From the human T2T-CHM13v2.0 reference genome, Homo sapiens: 64,000 bases of DNA. Shown here one piece after another: positions 14,541 through 33,895 of the stretch (the stretch's first letter is position 1; each line of letters begins with the position of its first letter). Position numbers and translations under genes: made by a program. The notes below the pieces were generated by a model. The model saw only the letters and a list, made by a program, of their open reading frames with translations. It ran no database searches and was not told the origin of the DNA. The stretch lies in the NCBI RefSeq assembly GCF_009914755.1, contig NC_060948.1, one strand, 5' to 3'.

Positions 14541-16646
14541 AGATCCATATTTTTTAAATGAAAAAAAATTTCAAAGGTACTCTGCTTGGTACAATAATCA
14601 AATGTATAAACTGAGGAATAAAACATAACCATGAAACCTACTTATAACTGCATATGGAAAATACAGAGGATTATTTTTTAATAACATATTTTGAAAGCCT
14701 TAACTAGTAATTTGAAGAGTTGGCATTTGAAAGGCCAGTATGAATATACCTTCAAAGCAGCAACACAGGTTCCCCATGAGAAAAAGCAAACACAGGGAAA
14801 ATAAAAACACAAAGGTTCAATCTCTTCTGACCTTTGAAAGACACAGCACAGACAGTGGTCCTTAGGACGAAGAGCAGGAGACCCCTAATTCCGTCACCAT
14901 GGCGATAGGGCATAAACATTGCTGGGTGAGGGCACAATCCACATTGTGAGGTCCAACTGCTGCCAGGAAGACAGGAGTGCTTTTACATAGACCGAAAGGT
15001 CATTGAAGGCTCAGAGTTTTGTTTCAAGAACTGAATCCCACGCCCACACGTTATTAGGCTGCGCTTCTTAAAACAAGTTATGAGATGGGAAAAAGGGCAC
15101 CCACAAACATACGTATACATTATGTATATAATAATATACAGTATCATATATATAATATATATAACCTATGTATAATATTGTTTTACATCCTGCATCCTAT
15201 GTTATATATATTGTATAAAATATAATAATTGATAATATATAAGTTTTATAATTATACAATATGACATATAGTATATATTATAATTTATGACATATATAAT
15301 ATATGTTATATATCATATATAGAATATATTATACGGTTAATATACGTATTAAATATAAATTATACATTATATATATTATATATAATATATCTGTTATATA
15401 TAATACCCATTATGCATAATATATATATTATGTCTATGTTATATATAGTATAAAACAACATATAATAATATATAATTGTATATATAAAATGCGACATATA
15501 ATATATATTATATTTTATAACATATGTAATATATATTATATATTATATATAATACGTTGTATGTATAATACCTATATTAAATACATATTATATGACTATG
15601 TTATTAATTACATGTCACATGTGTTATATATTATATATTTTACATAGAATATACCGGTTACATACAATATATACTATGTTACCTATAATGTATAATTTAT
15701 TACATGTAAAATAAAGAATGCAATATATTATGTATAATTTATAATATACAATATGTGGAATGTGATATATGTAACATATAATATATGATATATGATATAC
15801 AGTATATGATATATAACATACAATATATGATTCCTAATATATATGGTATACAATACATATTTTATGATATGTATTCTATATGTTTTATATTCTGTTATAT
15901 ATAACTATTTGAAATTATATATAACTGTATAATATTTTATGTAAATATGTAATATAATATATATAACTATATAATATATTATATATAACTATATATTATG
16001 TTATATATACTTTTATAACATAATTTACATAAAATATCATAATATAATATATATTATAATATTTCATATTACATAATATATATTACATATCACCCAATAT
16101 AACTAACATACATAATATTATAATATAGATTATATTATGTTATATTAAATATCATATATATCATGTATCATATATTCTATAATATATATTACACATTATA
16201 TAATATGTATGTTGTCTATTATGTGATATATATAACTATATATATAATTATATTTTTATACATATAACTACATAAACATGTAATTCTACATATTTTCATT
16301 TATAATATGTAGAATTATATAATCATATATAATTATTTATATTCTATAAAAAATTTTATCATTATATAAATTATAATATATAAAAATTATAATATGTACT
16401 ACAAATATATATATATTATATATCATATATGATATAGTACCTTTGTTATATATCATAATATATATAAATGTGTATTATGTTATCTATAATTATATTATTT
16501 CATATATAAGATGTATAATATGTATCATATATTATATATGTTATGTAATATATATAGTATATATAAGATGACACAGGATAAATATTATATACTATGACAT
16601 ATAAAATATATGAGGTTATATGTTACATATAAGGCATAGCACATAA

Positions 16647-16961
<315 letters not shown>

Positions 16962-19066
16962 AGATCCATATTTTTTAAATGAAAAAAAATTTCAAAGGTA
17001 CTCTGCTTGGTACAATAATCAAATGTATAAACTGAGGAATAAAACATAACCATGAAACCTACTTATAACTGCATATGGAAAATACAGAGGATAATTTTTT
17101 AAATAACATATTTTGAAAGCCTTAACTAGTAATTTGAAGAGTTGGCATTTGAAAGGCCAGTATGAATATACCTTCAAAGCAGCAACACAGGTTCCCCATG
17201 AGAAAAAGCAAACACAGGGAAAATAAAAACACAAAGGTTCAATCTCTTCTGACCTTTGAAAGACACAGCACAGACAGTGGTCCTTAGGACGAAGAGCAGG
17301 AGACCCCTAATTCCGTCACCATGGCGATAGGGCACAAACATTGCTGGGTGAGGGCACAATCCACATTGTGAGGTCCAACTGCTGCCAGGAAGACAGGAGT
17401 GCTTTTACATAGACCGAAAGGTCATTGAAGGCTCAGAGTTTTGTTTCAAGAACTGAATCCCAAGCCCACACGTTATTAGGCTGCGCTTCTTAAAACAAGT
17501 TATGAGATGGGAAAAAGGGCACCCACAAACATACGTATACATTATGTATATAATAATATACAGTATCATATATATAATATATATAACCTATGTATAATAT
17601 TGTTTTACATCCTGCATCTTATGTTATATATATTGTATAAAATATAATAATTGATAATATATAAGTTTTATAATTATACAATATGACATATAGTATATAT
17701 TATAATTTATGACATATATAATATATGTTATATATCATATATAGAATATATTATACGGTTAATATACGTATTAAATATAAATTATACATTATATATATTA
17801 TATATAATATATCTGTTATATATAATACCCATTATGCATAATATATATATTATGTCTATGTTATATATAGTATAGAACAACATATAATAATATATAATTG
17901 TATATATAAAATGCGACATAGAATACATATTATATTTTATAACATATGTAACATATATTATATATTATATATAATACGTTGTATGTATAATACCTATATT
18001 AAATATATATTATATGACTATGTTATTAATTACATGTCACATGTGTTATATATTATATATTTTACATAGAATATACCGGTTACATACAATATATATTCTG
18101 TTACCTATAATGTATAATTTATTACATGTAAAATAAAGAATGCAATATATTATGTATAATTTATAATATACAATATGTGGAATGTGATATATATAACATA
18201 TAATATATGATATATGATATACAGTATATGATATATAACATACAATATATGATTCCTAATATATATGGTATACAATATATATTTTATGATATGTATTCTA
18301 TATGTTTTATATTCTGTTATATATAACTATTTGAAATTATATATAACTGTATAATATTTTATGTAAATATGTAATATAATATATATAATTATATAATATA
18401 TTATATATAACTATATATTATGTTATATATACTTTTATAACATAATTTACATAAAATATCATAACATAATATATATTATATTATTTCATATTACATAATA
18501 TATATTACATATCACCCAATATAACTAACATACATAATATTATAATATAGATTATATTATGTTATATTAAATATCATATATATCATGTATCATATATTCT
18601 ATAATATATATTACACATTATATAATATGTATGTTGTCTATTATGCGATATATATAACTATATATATAATTATATTTTTATACATATAACTAGATAAACA
18701 TGTAATTCTACATATTTTCATTTATAATATGTAGAATTATATAATCATATATAATTATTTATATTCTATAAAAACTTTTATCATTATATAAATTATAATA
18801 TATAAAAATTATAATATGTACTACAAATATATATATTATATATCATATATGCTATAGTACCTTTGTTATATATCATAATACATATAAATGTGTATTATGT
18901 TATCTATAATTATATAATTTCATATATAAGTTGTATAATATGTATCATATATTATATATGTTATGTAATATATATAGTATATATAAGATGACACAGGATA
19001 AATATTATATACTATGACATATAAAATATATGAGGTTATATGTTACATATAAGGCATAGCACATAA

Positions 19067-19381
<315 letters not shown>

Positions 19382-21486
19382 AGATCCATATTTTTTAAAT
19401 GAAAAAAAAATTTCAAAGGTACTCTGCTTGGTACAATAATCAAATGTATAAACTGAGGAATAAAACATAACCATGAAACCTACTTATAACTGCATATGGA
19501 AAATACAGAGGATAATTTTTTAATAACATATTTTGAAAGCCTTAACTAGTAATTTGAAGAGTTGGCATTTGAAAGGCCAGTATGAATATACCTTCAAAGC
19601 AGCAACACAGGTTCCCCATGAGAGAAAGCAAACACAGGGAAAATAAAAACACAAAGGTTCAATCTCTTCTGACCTTTGAAAGACACAGCACAGACAGTGG
19701 TCCTTAGGACGAAGAGCAGGAGACCCCTAATTCCGTCACCATGGCGATAGGGCATAAACATTGCTGGGTGAGGGCACAATCCACATTGTGAGGTCCAACT
19801 GCTGCCAGGAAGACAGGAGTGCTTTTACATAGACCGAAAGGTCATTGAAGGCTCAGAGTTTTGTTTCAAGAACTGAATCCCAAGCCCACACGTTATTAGG
19901 CTGCGCTTCTTAAAACAAGTTATGAGATGGGAAAAAGGGCACCCACAAACATACGTATACATTATGTATATAATAATATACAGTATCATATATATAATAT
20001 ATATAACCTATGTATAATATTGTTTTACATCCTGCATCTTATGTTATATATATTGTATAAAATATAATAATTGATAATATATAAGTTTTATATTTATACA
20101 ATATGACATATAGTATATATTATAATTTATGGCATATATAATATATGTTATATATCATATATAGAATATATTATACGGTTAATATACGTATTAAATATAA
20201 ATTATACATTATATATATTATATATAATATATCTGTTATATATAATACCCATTATGCATAATATATATATTATGTCTATGTTATATATAGTATAAAACAA
20301 CATATAATAATATATAATTGTATATATAAAATGCGACATATAATATATATTATATTTTATAACATATGTAATATATATTATATATTATATATAATACATT
20401 GTATGTTTAATACCTATATTAAATATATATTATATGACTATGTTATTAATTACATGTCACATGTGTTATATATTATATATTTTACATAGAATATACCGGT
20501 TACATACAATATATACTATGTTACCTATAATGTATAATTTATTACATGTAAAATAAAGAATGCAATATATTATGTATAATTTATAATATACAATATGTGG
20601 AATGTGATATATATAACATATAATATATGATATATGATATACAGTATATGATATATAACATACAATATATGATTCCTAATATATATGGTATACAATATAT
20701 ATTTTATGATATGTATTCTATATGTTTTATATTCTGTTATATATAACTATTTGAAATTATATATAACTGTATAATATTTTATGTAAATATGTAATATAAT
20801 ATATATAACTATATAATATGTTATATATAACTATATATTATGTTATATATACTTTTATAACATAATTTACATAAAATATCATAATATAATATATATTATA
20901 TTATTTCATATTACATTATATATATTACATATCACCCAATATAACTAACATACATAATATTATAATATAGATTATATTGTGTTATATTAAATATCATATA
21001 TATCATGTATCATATATTCTATAATATATATTACACATTATATAATATGTATGTTGTCTATTATGTGATATATATAACTATATATATAATTATATTTTTA
21101 TACATATAACTAGATAAACATGTAATTCTACATATTTTCATTTATAATATGTAGAATTATATAATCATATATAATTATTTATATTCTATAAAAAATTTTA
21201 TCATTATATAAATTATAATATATAAAAATTATAATATGTACTACAAATATATATATTATATATCATATATGATATAGTACCTTTGTAATATTTCATAATA
21301 CATATAAATGTGTATTATGTTATCTATAATTATATAATTTCATATATAAGATGTATAATATGTATCATATATTATAGATGTTATGTAATATATATAGTAT
21401 ATATAAGATGACACAGGATAAATATTATATACTATGACATATAAAATATATGAGGTTATATGTTACATATAAGGCATAGCACATAA

Positions 21487-21801
<315 letters not shown>

Positions 21802-23906
21802 AGATCCGTATTTTTTAAATGAAAAAAAATTTCAAAGGTACTCTGCTTGGTACAATAATCAAATGTATAAACTGAGGAATAAAACATAACCATGAAACCT
21901 ACTTATAACTGCATATGGAAAATACAGAGGATAATTTTTTAAATAACATATTTTGAAAGCCTTAACTAGTAATTTGAAGAGTTGGCATTTGAAAGGCCAG
22001 TATGAATATACCTTCAAAGCAGCAACACAGGTTCCCCATGAGAAAAAGCAAACACAGGGAAAATAAAAACACAAAGGTTCAATGTCTTCTGACCTTTGAA
22101 AGACACAGCACAGACAGTGGTCCTTAGGACGAAGAGCAGGAGACCCCTAATTCCGTCACCATGGCGATAGGGCATAAACATTGCTGGGTGAGGGCACAAT
22201 CCACATTGTGAGGTCCAACTGCTGCCAGGAAGACAGGAGTGCTTTTACATAGACCGAAAGGTCATTGAAGGCTCAGAGTTTTGTTTCAAGAACTGAATCC
22301 CAAGCCCACACGTTATTAGGCTGCGCTTCTTAAAACAAGTTATGAGATGGGAAAAAGGGCACCCACAAACATACGTATACATTATGTATATAATAATATA
22401 CAGTATCATATATATAATATATATCACCTATGTATAATATTGTTTTACATCCTGCATCTTATGTTATATATACTGTATAAAATATAATAATTGATAATAT
22501 ATAAGTTTTATAATTATACAATATGACATATAGTATATATTATAATTTATGACATATATAATATATGTTATATGTCATATATAGAATATATTATACGGTT
22601 AATATACGTATTAAATATAAATTATACATTATATATATTATATATAATATATCTGTTATATATAATACCCATTATGCATAATATATATATTATGTCTATG
22701 TTATATATAGTATAAAACAACATATAATAATATATAATTGTATATATAAAATGCGACATATAATATATATTATATTTTATAACATATGTAATATATATTA
22801 TATATTATATATAATACGTTGTATGTATAATACCTATATTAAATATATAATATATGACTATGTTATTAATTACATGTCACATGTGTTATATATTATATAT
22901 TTTACATAGAATATACCGGTTACATACAATATATACTATGTTACCTATAATGTATAATTTATTACATGTAAAATAAAGAATGCAATATATTATGTATAAT
23001 TTATAATATACAATATGTGGAATGTGATATATATAACATATAATATACGATATATGATATACAGTATATGATATATAACATACAATATATGATTCCTAAT
23101 ATATATGGTATACAATATATATTTTATGATATGTATTCTATATGTTTTATATTCTGTTATATATAACTATTTGAAATTATATATAACTGTATAATATTTT
23201 ATGTAAATATGTAATATAATATATATAACTATATAATATATTATATATAACTATATATTATGTTATATATACTTTTATAACATAATTTACATAAAATATC
23301 ATAATATAATATATATTATATTATTTCATATTACATAATATATATTACATATCGCCCAATATAACTAACATACATAATATTATAATATAGATTATATTGT
23401 GTTATATTAAATTACATATATATCATGTATCATATATTCTATAATATATATTACACATTATATAATATGTATGTTGTCTATTATGTGATATATATATCTA
23501 TATATATAATTATATTTTTATACATATAACTAGATAAACATGTAATTCTACATATTTTCATTTATAATATGTAGAATTATATAATCATATATAATTATTT
23601 ATATTCTATAAAAAATTTTATCATTATATAAATTATAATATATAAAAATTATAATATGTACTACAAATATATATATTATATATCATATATGATATAGTAC
23701 CTTTGTTATATTTCATAATACATATAAATGTGTATTATGTTATCTATAATTATATAATTTCATATATAAGATGTATAATATGTATCATATATTATATAAG
23801 TTATGTAATATATATAGTATATATAAGATGACACAGGATAAATATTATATACTATGACATATAAAATATATGAGGTTATATGTTACATATAAGGCATAGC
23901 ACATAA

Positions 23907-24221
<315 letters not shown>

Positions 24222-26325
24222 AGATCCATATTTTTTAAATGAAAAAAAATTTCAAAGGTACTCTGCTTGGTATAATAATCAAATGTATAAACTGAGGAAT
24301 AAAACATAACCATGAAACCTACTTATAACAGCATATGGAAAATACAGAGGATAATTTTTTAAATAACATATTTTGAAAGCCTTAACTAGTAATTTGAAGA
24401 GTTGGCATTTGAAAGGCCAGTATGAATATACCTTCGAAGCAGCAACACAGGTTCCCATGAGAAAAAGCAAACACAGGGAAAACAAAAACACAAAGGTTCA
24501 ATCTCTTCTGACCTTTGAAAGACACAGCACAGACAGTGGTCCTTAGGACGAAGAGCAGGAGACCCCTAATTCCGTCACCATGGCGATAGGGCATAAACAT
24601 TGCTGGGTGAGGGCACAATCCACATTGTGAGGTCCAACTGCTGCCAGGAAGACAGGAGTGCTTTTACATAGACCGAAAGGTCATTGAAGGCTCAGAGTTT
24701 TGTTTCAAGAACTGAATCCCAAGCCCACACGTTATTAGGCTGCGCTTCTTAAAACAAGTTATGAGATGGGAAAAAGGGCACCCACAAACATACGTATACA
24801 TTATGTATATAATAATATACAGTATCATATATATAATATATATCACCTATGTATAATATTGTTTTACATCCTGCATCTTATGTTATATATACTGTATAAA
24901 ATATAATAATTGATAATATATAAGTTTTATAATTATACAATATGACATATAGTATATATTATAATTTATGACATATATAATATATGTTATATGTCATATA
25001 TAGAATATATTATACGGTTAATATACGTATTAAATATAAATTATACATTATATATATTATATATAATATATCTGTTATATATAATACCCATTATGCATAA
25101 TATATATATTATGTCTATGTTATATATAGTATAAAACAACATATAATAATATATAATTGTATATATAAAATGCGACATATAATATATATTATATTTTATA
25201 ATATATGTAATATATATTATATATTATATATAATACGTTGTATGTATAATACCTATATTAAATACATATTATATGACTATGTTATTAATTACATGTCACA
25301 TGTGTTATATATTATATATTTTACATAGAATATACCGGTTACATACAATATATACTATGTTACCTATAATGTATAATTTATTAAATGTAAAATAAAGAAT
25401 GCAATATATTATGTATAATTTATAATATACCATATGTGGAATGTGATATATATAACATATAATATACGATATATGATATACAGTATATGATATATAACAT
25501 ACAATATATGATTCCTAATATATATGGTATACAATATATATTTTATGATATGTATTCTATATGTTTTATATTCTGTTATATATAACTATTTGAAATTATA
25601 TATAACTGTATAATATTTTATGTAAATATGTAATATAATATATATAACTATATAATATATTATATATAACTATATATTATGTTATATATACTTTTATAAC
25701 ATAATTTACATAAAATATCATAATATAATATATATTATATTATTTCATATTACATAATATATATTACATATCACCCAATATAACTAACATACATAATATT
25801 ATAATATAGATTATATTGTGTTATATTAAATTACATATATATCATGTATCATATATTCTATAATATATATTACACATTATATAATATGTATGTTGTCTAT
25901 TATGTGATATATATAACTGTATATATAATTATATTTTTATACATATAACTAGATAAACATGTAATTCTACATATTTTCATTTATAATATGTAGAATTATA
26001 TAATCATATATAATTATTTATATTCTATAAAAAATTTTATCATTATATAAATTATAATATATAAAAATTATAATATGTACTACAAATATATATATTATAT
26101 ATCATATATGATATAGTACCTTTGTTATATTTCATAATACATATAAATGTGTATTATGTTATCTATAATTATATAATTTCATATATAAGATGTATAATAT
26201 GTATCATATATTATATAAGTTATGTAATATATATAGTATATATAAGATGACACAGGATAAATATTATATACTATGACATATAAAATATATGAGGTTATAT
26301 GTTACATATAAGGCATAGCACATAA

Positions 26326-26640
<315 letters not shown>

Positions 26641-28767
26641 AGATCCATATTTTTTAAATGAAAAAAAATTTCAAAGGTACTCTGCTTGGTATAATAATCA
26701 AATGTATAAACTGAGGAATAAAACATAACCATGAAACCTACTTATAACAGCATATGGAAAATACAGAGGATAATTTTTTAAATAACATATTTTGAAAGCC
26801 TTAACTAGTAATTTGAAGAGTTGGCATTTGAAAGGCCAGTATGAATATACCTTCAAAGCAGCAACACAGGTTCCCATGAGAAAAAGCAAACACAGGGAAA
26901 ACAAAAACACAAAGGTTCAATCTCTTCTGACCTTTGAAAGACACAGCACAGACAGTGGTCCTTAGGACGAAGAGCAGGAGACCCCTAATTCCGTCACCAT
27001 GGCGATAGGGCATAAACATTGCTGGGTGAGGGCACAATCCACATTGTGAGGTCCAACTGCTGCCAGGAAGACAGGAGTGCTTTTACATAGACCGAAAGGT
27101 CATTGAAGGCTCAGAGTTTTGTTTCAAGAACTGAATCCCAAGCCCACACGTTATTAGGCTGCGCTTCTTAAAACAAGTTATGAGATGGGAAAAAGGGCAC
27201 CCACAAACATACGTATACATTATGTATATAATAATATACAGTATCATATATATAATATATATCACCTATGTATAATATTGTTTTACATCCTGCATCTTAT
27301 GTTATATATACTGTATAAAATATAATAATTGATAATATATAAGTTTTATAATTATACAATATGACATATAGTATATATTATAATTTATGACATATATAAT
27401 ATATGTTATATGTCATATATAGAATATATTATACGGTTAATATACGTATTAAATATAAATTATACATTATATATATTATATATAATATATCTGTTATATA
27501 TAATACCCATTATGCATAATATATATATTATGTCTATGTTATATATAGTATAAAACAACATATAATAATATATAATTGTATATATAAAATGCGACATATA
27601 ATATATATTATATTTTATAACATATGTAATATATATTACATATTATATATAATACGTTGTATGTATAATACCTATATTAAATATATAATATATGACTATG
27701 TTATTAATTACATGTCACATGTGTTATATATTATATATTTTACATAGAATATACCGGTTACATACAATATATACTATGTTACCTATAATGTATAATTTAT
27801 TACATGTAAAATAAAGAATGCAATATATTATGTAAAATTTATAATATACCATATGTGGAATATGATATCTATAACATATAATATATGATATATGATATAC
27901 AGTATATGATATATAACATACAATATATGATTCCTAATATATATGGTATACAATATATATTTTATGATATGTATTCTATATGTTTTATATTCTGTTATAT
28001 ATAACTATTTGAAATTATATATAACTGTATAATATTTTATGTAAATATGTAATACAATATATATAAATATATAATATATTATATATAACTATATATTATG
28101 TTATATATACTTTTATAACATAATTTACATAAAATATCATAATATAATATATATTATATTATTTCATATTACATAATATATATTACATATCACCCAATAT
28201 AACTAACATACATAATATTATAATATAGATTATATTGTGTTATATTAAATATCATATATATCATGTATCATATATTCTATAATATATTTTACACATTATA
28301 TAATATGTATGTTGTCTATTATGTGATATATATAACTATATATATAATTATATTTTTATACATATAACTAGATAAACATGTAATTCTACATATTTTCATT
28401 TATAATATGTAGAATTATATAATCATATATAAATATTTATATTCTATAAAAAATTTTATCATTATATAAATTATAATATATAAAAATTATAATATGTACT
28501 ACAAATATATATATTATACATCATATATGATATAGTACCTTTGTTATATATCATAATACATATAAATGTGTATTATGTTATCTATAATTATATAATTTCA
28601 TATATAAGATGTATAATACGTATCATATATTATATATGTTATGTAATATATATAGTATATATAAGATGACACAGGATAAATATTATATACTATGACATAT
28701 AAAATATATGAGGTTATATGTTACATATAAGGCATAGCACATAACATGTAATATGTATCATATATAA

Positions 28768-29058
28768 TTTTTTTTAGACAGAATCTTGTCCTGTTGCACA
28801 GGGTGGGGTACAATGGCGCCATCTTTGCTCACTGCAACTTCTGCCTCACGGGTCCAAGCGATTGTCCTCCCTCAGCCTCCCAGGTAGCTGGGACTACACC
28901 ACACTGGGACTACACCAGCTGCCACCATGCCTAGCTAATTTTTTGGATTTTTAGTAGTGACAGCGTTTCACTGTATTGGCCAGGATGGTCTTGATCTCTT
29001 CACCTTGTGATCCCCTTGCCTTGGCCTCCAAATTTGCTGGGATTACAGGCCTGAGCCA
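28768..29058 (-). mobile_element. Diverged Alu, U12
   Basis: Copy of the 2152-2443 element, T8 tail. Confidence 0.93.
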
Positions 29059-31185
29059 AGATCCATATTTTGTAAATGAAAAAAAATTTCAAAGGTACTC
29101 TGCTTGGTACAATAATCAAATGTATAAACTGAGGAATAAAACATAACCATGAAACCTACTTATAACTGCATATGGAAAATACAGAGGATAATTTTTTAAA
29201 TAACATATTTTGAAAGCCTTAACTAGTAATTTGAAGAGTTGGCATTTGAAAGGCCAGTATGAATATACCTTCAAAGCAGCAACACAGGTTCCCCATGAGA
29301 AAAAGCAAACACAGGGAAAATAAAAACACAAAGGTTCAATCTCTTCTGACCTTTGAAAGACACAGCACAGACAGTGGTCCTTAGGACGAAGAGCAGGAGA
29401 CCCCTAATTCCGTCACCATGGCGATAGGGCATAAACATTGCTGGGTGAGGGCACAATCCACATTGTGAGGTCCAACTGCTGCCAGGAAGGCAGGAGTGCT
29501 TTTACATAGAACGAAAGGTCATTGAAGGCTCAGAGTTTTGTTTCAAGAACTGAATCCCAAGCCCACACGATATTAGGCTGCGCTTCTTAAAACAAGTTAT
29601 GAGATGGGAAAAATGGCACCCACAAACATACGTATACATTATGTATATAATAATATACGGTATCATATATATAATATATATAACCTATGTATAATATTGT
29701 TTTACATCCTGCATCTTATATTATATATATTGTATAAAATATAATAATTGATAATATATAAGTTTTATATTTATACAATATGACATATAGTATATATTAT
29801 AATTTATGACATATATAATATATGTTATATATCATATATAGAATATATTATACGGTAATATACGTATTAAATATAAACTATACATTATATATATTATATA
29901 TAATATATCTGTTATATATAACACCCATTATGCATAATATATACATTATGTCTATGCTATATATAGTATAAAACAACACATAATAATATATAATTGTATA
30001 TATAAAATGTGACATAAAATATATATTATATTTTATGACATATGTAATATATATTATATATTATATATAATACGTTGTATGTATAATACCTATATTAAAT
30101 ATATATTATATGACTATGTTATTAATTACATGTCACATATGTTATATATTATATATTTTACATAGAATATACCGGTTACATACAATATATACTATGTTAC
30201 CTACAATGTATAATTGATTACATGTAAAATAAAGAATGCAATATATTATGTATAATTTATAATATACAATATGTGGAATGTGATATATATAACATATATT
30301 ATATGATATATGATATACAGTATATGATATATAACATACAATATATGATACCTAATATATACGGTATAAAATATATATTTTATGATATGTATTCTCTATG
30401 TTTTATATTCTGTTATATATAACTATTTGAAATTATATATAACTGTATAATATTTTATGTAAATATGTAATATAATATATATAACTATATAATATATTAT
30501 ATATAACTATATATTATGTTATATATACTTTTATAACATAATTTACATAAAATATCATAATATAATATATATTATATTATTTCATATTACATAATATATA
30601 TTACATATCACCCAACATAAGTAACATACATAATATTATAATATAGATTATATTATGTTATATTAAATATCATATATATCATGTATCATATATTCTATAA
30701 TATATATTACACATTATATAATATGTATTTTGTCTATTATGTGATATATATAACTATATATATAATTATATTATTATACATATAACTAGATAAACATGTA
30801 ATTCTACATATTTTCATTTATAATATATAGAATTATAAAATCATATATAATTATTTATATTCTATAAAAAATTATGTCATTATATAAATTATAATATATA
30901 AAAATTATAATATGTACTACAAATATATATATTATATATCATATATGATATAGTACCTTTGTTATATATCATAATACATATAAATGTGTATTATGTTATC
31001 TATAATTATATAATTTCATATATAAGATGTATAATATGTATCATATATTATATATGTTATGTAATATATATAGTATATATAAGATGACACAGGATAAATA
31101 TTATATACTATGACATATAAAATATATGAGGTTATATGTTACATATAAGGCATAGCACATAACATGTAATATATATCATATATAA

Positions 31186-31476
31186 TTTTTTTTTAGACAG
31201 AGTCTTGTCGTGTTGCACAGGGTGGGGTACAACGGCGCCATCTTTGCTCTCCGCAACATCTGCCTCACGGGTCTAAGCGATTGTCCTCCCTCAGCCTCCC
31301 AGGTAGCTGGGACTACACCACACTGGGTCTACACCAGCTGCCAACATGCCAGTTAATTTTTTGGATTTTTAGTAGTGACAGCGTTTCACTGTATTGGTCA
31401 GGATGGTCTTGATCTCTTCACCTTGTGATCCCTTTGCCTTGGCCTCCAAATTTGCTGGGATTACAGGCCTGAGCCA
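31186..31476 (-). mobile_element. Diverged Alu, U13 (variant haplotype)
   Basis: Copy with agagtcttgtcg, ctctccgcaacatc and gggtctaag variants. Confidence 0.93.
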
Positions 31477-33603
31477 AGATCCATATTTTTTAAATGAAAA
31501 AAAATTTCAAAGGTACTCTGCTTGGTACAATAATCAAATGTATAAACTGAGGAATAAAACATAACCATGAAACCTACTTATAACTGCATATGGAAAATAC
31601 AGAGGATAATTTTTTAAATAACATATTTTGAAAGCCTTAACTAGTAATTTGAAGAGTTGGCATTTGAAAGGCCAGTATGAATATACCTTCAAAGCAGCAA
31701 CACAGGTTCCCCATGAGAAAAAGCAAACTCAGGGAAAATGAAACCACAAAGGTTCAATCTCTTCTGACCTTTGAAAGACACAGCACAGACAGTGGTCCTT
31801 AGGACGAAGAGCAGGAGACCCCTAATTCCGTCACCACGGCGATAGGGCATAAACATTGCTGGGTGAGGGCACAATCCATATTGTGAGGTCCAACTGCTGC
31901 CAGGAAGACAGGAGTGCTTTTACATAGACCGAAAGGTCATTGAAGGCTCAGAGTTTTGTTTCAAGAACTGAATCCCAAGCCCACACGTTGTTAGGCTGCG
32001 CTTCTTAAAACCAGTTATGAGATGGGAAAAAGGGCACCCACAAACATACGTATACATTATGTATATAATAATATACAGTATCATATATATAATATATATA
32101 ACCTATGTATAATATTGTTTTACATCCTGCATCTTATATTATATATATTGTATAAAATATAATAATTGATAATATATAAGTTTTATATTTATACAATATG
32201 ACATATAGTATATATTATAATTTATGACATATATAATATATGTTATATATCATATATAGAATATATTATACGGTAATATACGTATTAAATATAAACTATA
32301 CATTATATATATTATATATAATATATCTGTTATATATAACACGCATTATGCATAATATATACATTATGTCTATGTTATATATAGTATAAAACAACACATA
32401 ATAATATATAATTGTATATATAAAATGCGACATAAAATATATATTATATTTTATGACATATGTAATATATATTATATATTATATATAATACGTTGTATGT
32501 ATATTACCTATATTAAATATAAATTATATGACTATGTTATTAATTACATGTCACATGTGTTATATATTATATATTTTACATAGAATATACCGGTTACATA
32601 CAATATATACTATGTTACCTACAATGTATAATTGATTACATGTAAAATAAAGAATGCAATATATTATGTATAATTTATAATATACAATATGTGGAATGTG
32701 ATATATATAACATATATTATATGATATATGATATACAGTATATGATATATAACATACAATATATGATACCTAATATATACGGTATAAAATATATATTTTA
32801 TGATATGTATTCTCTATGTTTTATATTCTGTTATATATAACTATTTGAAATTATATATAACTGTATAATATTTTATGTAAATATGTAATATAATATATAT
32901 AACTATATAATATATTATATATAACTATATATTATGTTATATATACTTTTATAACATAATTTACATAAAATATCATAATATAATATATATTATATTATTT
33001 CATATTACATAATATATATTACATATCACCCAACATAAGTAACATACATAATATTATAATATAGATTATATTATGTTATATTAAATATCATATATATCAT
33101 GTATCATATATTCTATAATATATATTACACATTATATAATATGTATTTTGTCTATTATGTGATATATATAACTATATATATAATTATATTATTATACATA
33201 TAACTAGATAAACATGTAATTCTACATATTTTCATTTATAATATATAGAATTATATAATCATATATAATTATTTATATTCTATAAAAAATTATGTCATTA
33301 TATAAATTATAATATATAAAAATTATAATATGTACTACAAATATATATATTATATATCATATATGATATAGTACCTTTGTTATATATCATAATACATATA
33401 AATGTGTATTATGTTATCTATAATTATATAATTTCATATATAAGATGTATAATATGTATCATATATTATATATGTTATGTAATATCTATAGTATATATAA
33501 GATGACACAGGATAAATATTATATACTATGACATATAAAATATATGAGGTTATATGTTACATATAAGGCATAGCACATAACATGTAATATATATCATATA
33601 TAA

Positions 33604-33895
33604 TTTTTTTTTAGACAGAGTCTTGTCGTGTTGCACAAGGTGGGGTACAATGGCGCCATCTTTGCTCTCCGCAACATCTGCCTCACGGGTCTAAGCGATT
33701 GTCCTCCCTCAGCCTCCCAGGTAGCTGGGACTACACCACACTGGGTCTACACCAGCTGCCACCATGCCTAGCTAATTTTTTGGATTTTTAGTAGTGACAG
33801 CGTTTCACTGTATTGGCCAGGATGGTCTTGATCTCTTCACCTTGTGATCCCTTTGCCTTGGCCTCCAAATTTGCTGGGATTACAGGCCTGAGCCA
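33604..33895 (-). mobile_element. Diverged Alu, U14 (variant haplotype)
   Basis: Same variant haplotype as the U13 and U20 Alus. Confidence 0.93.
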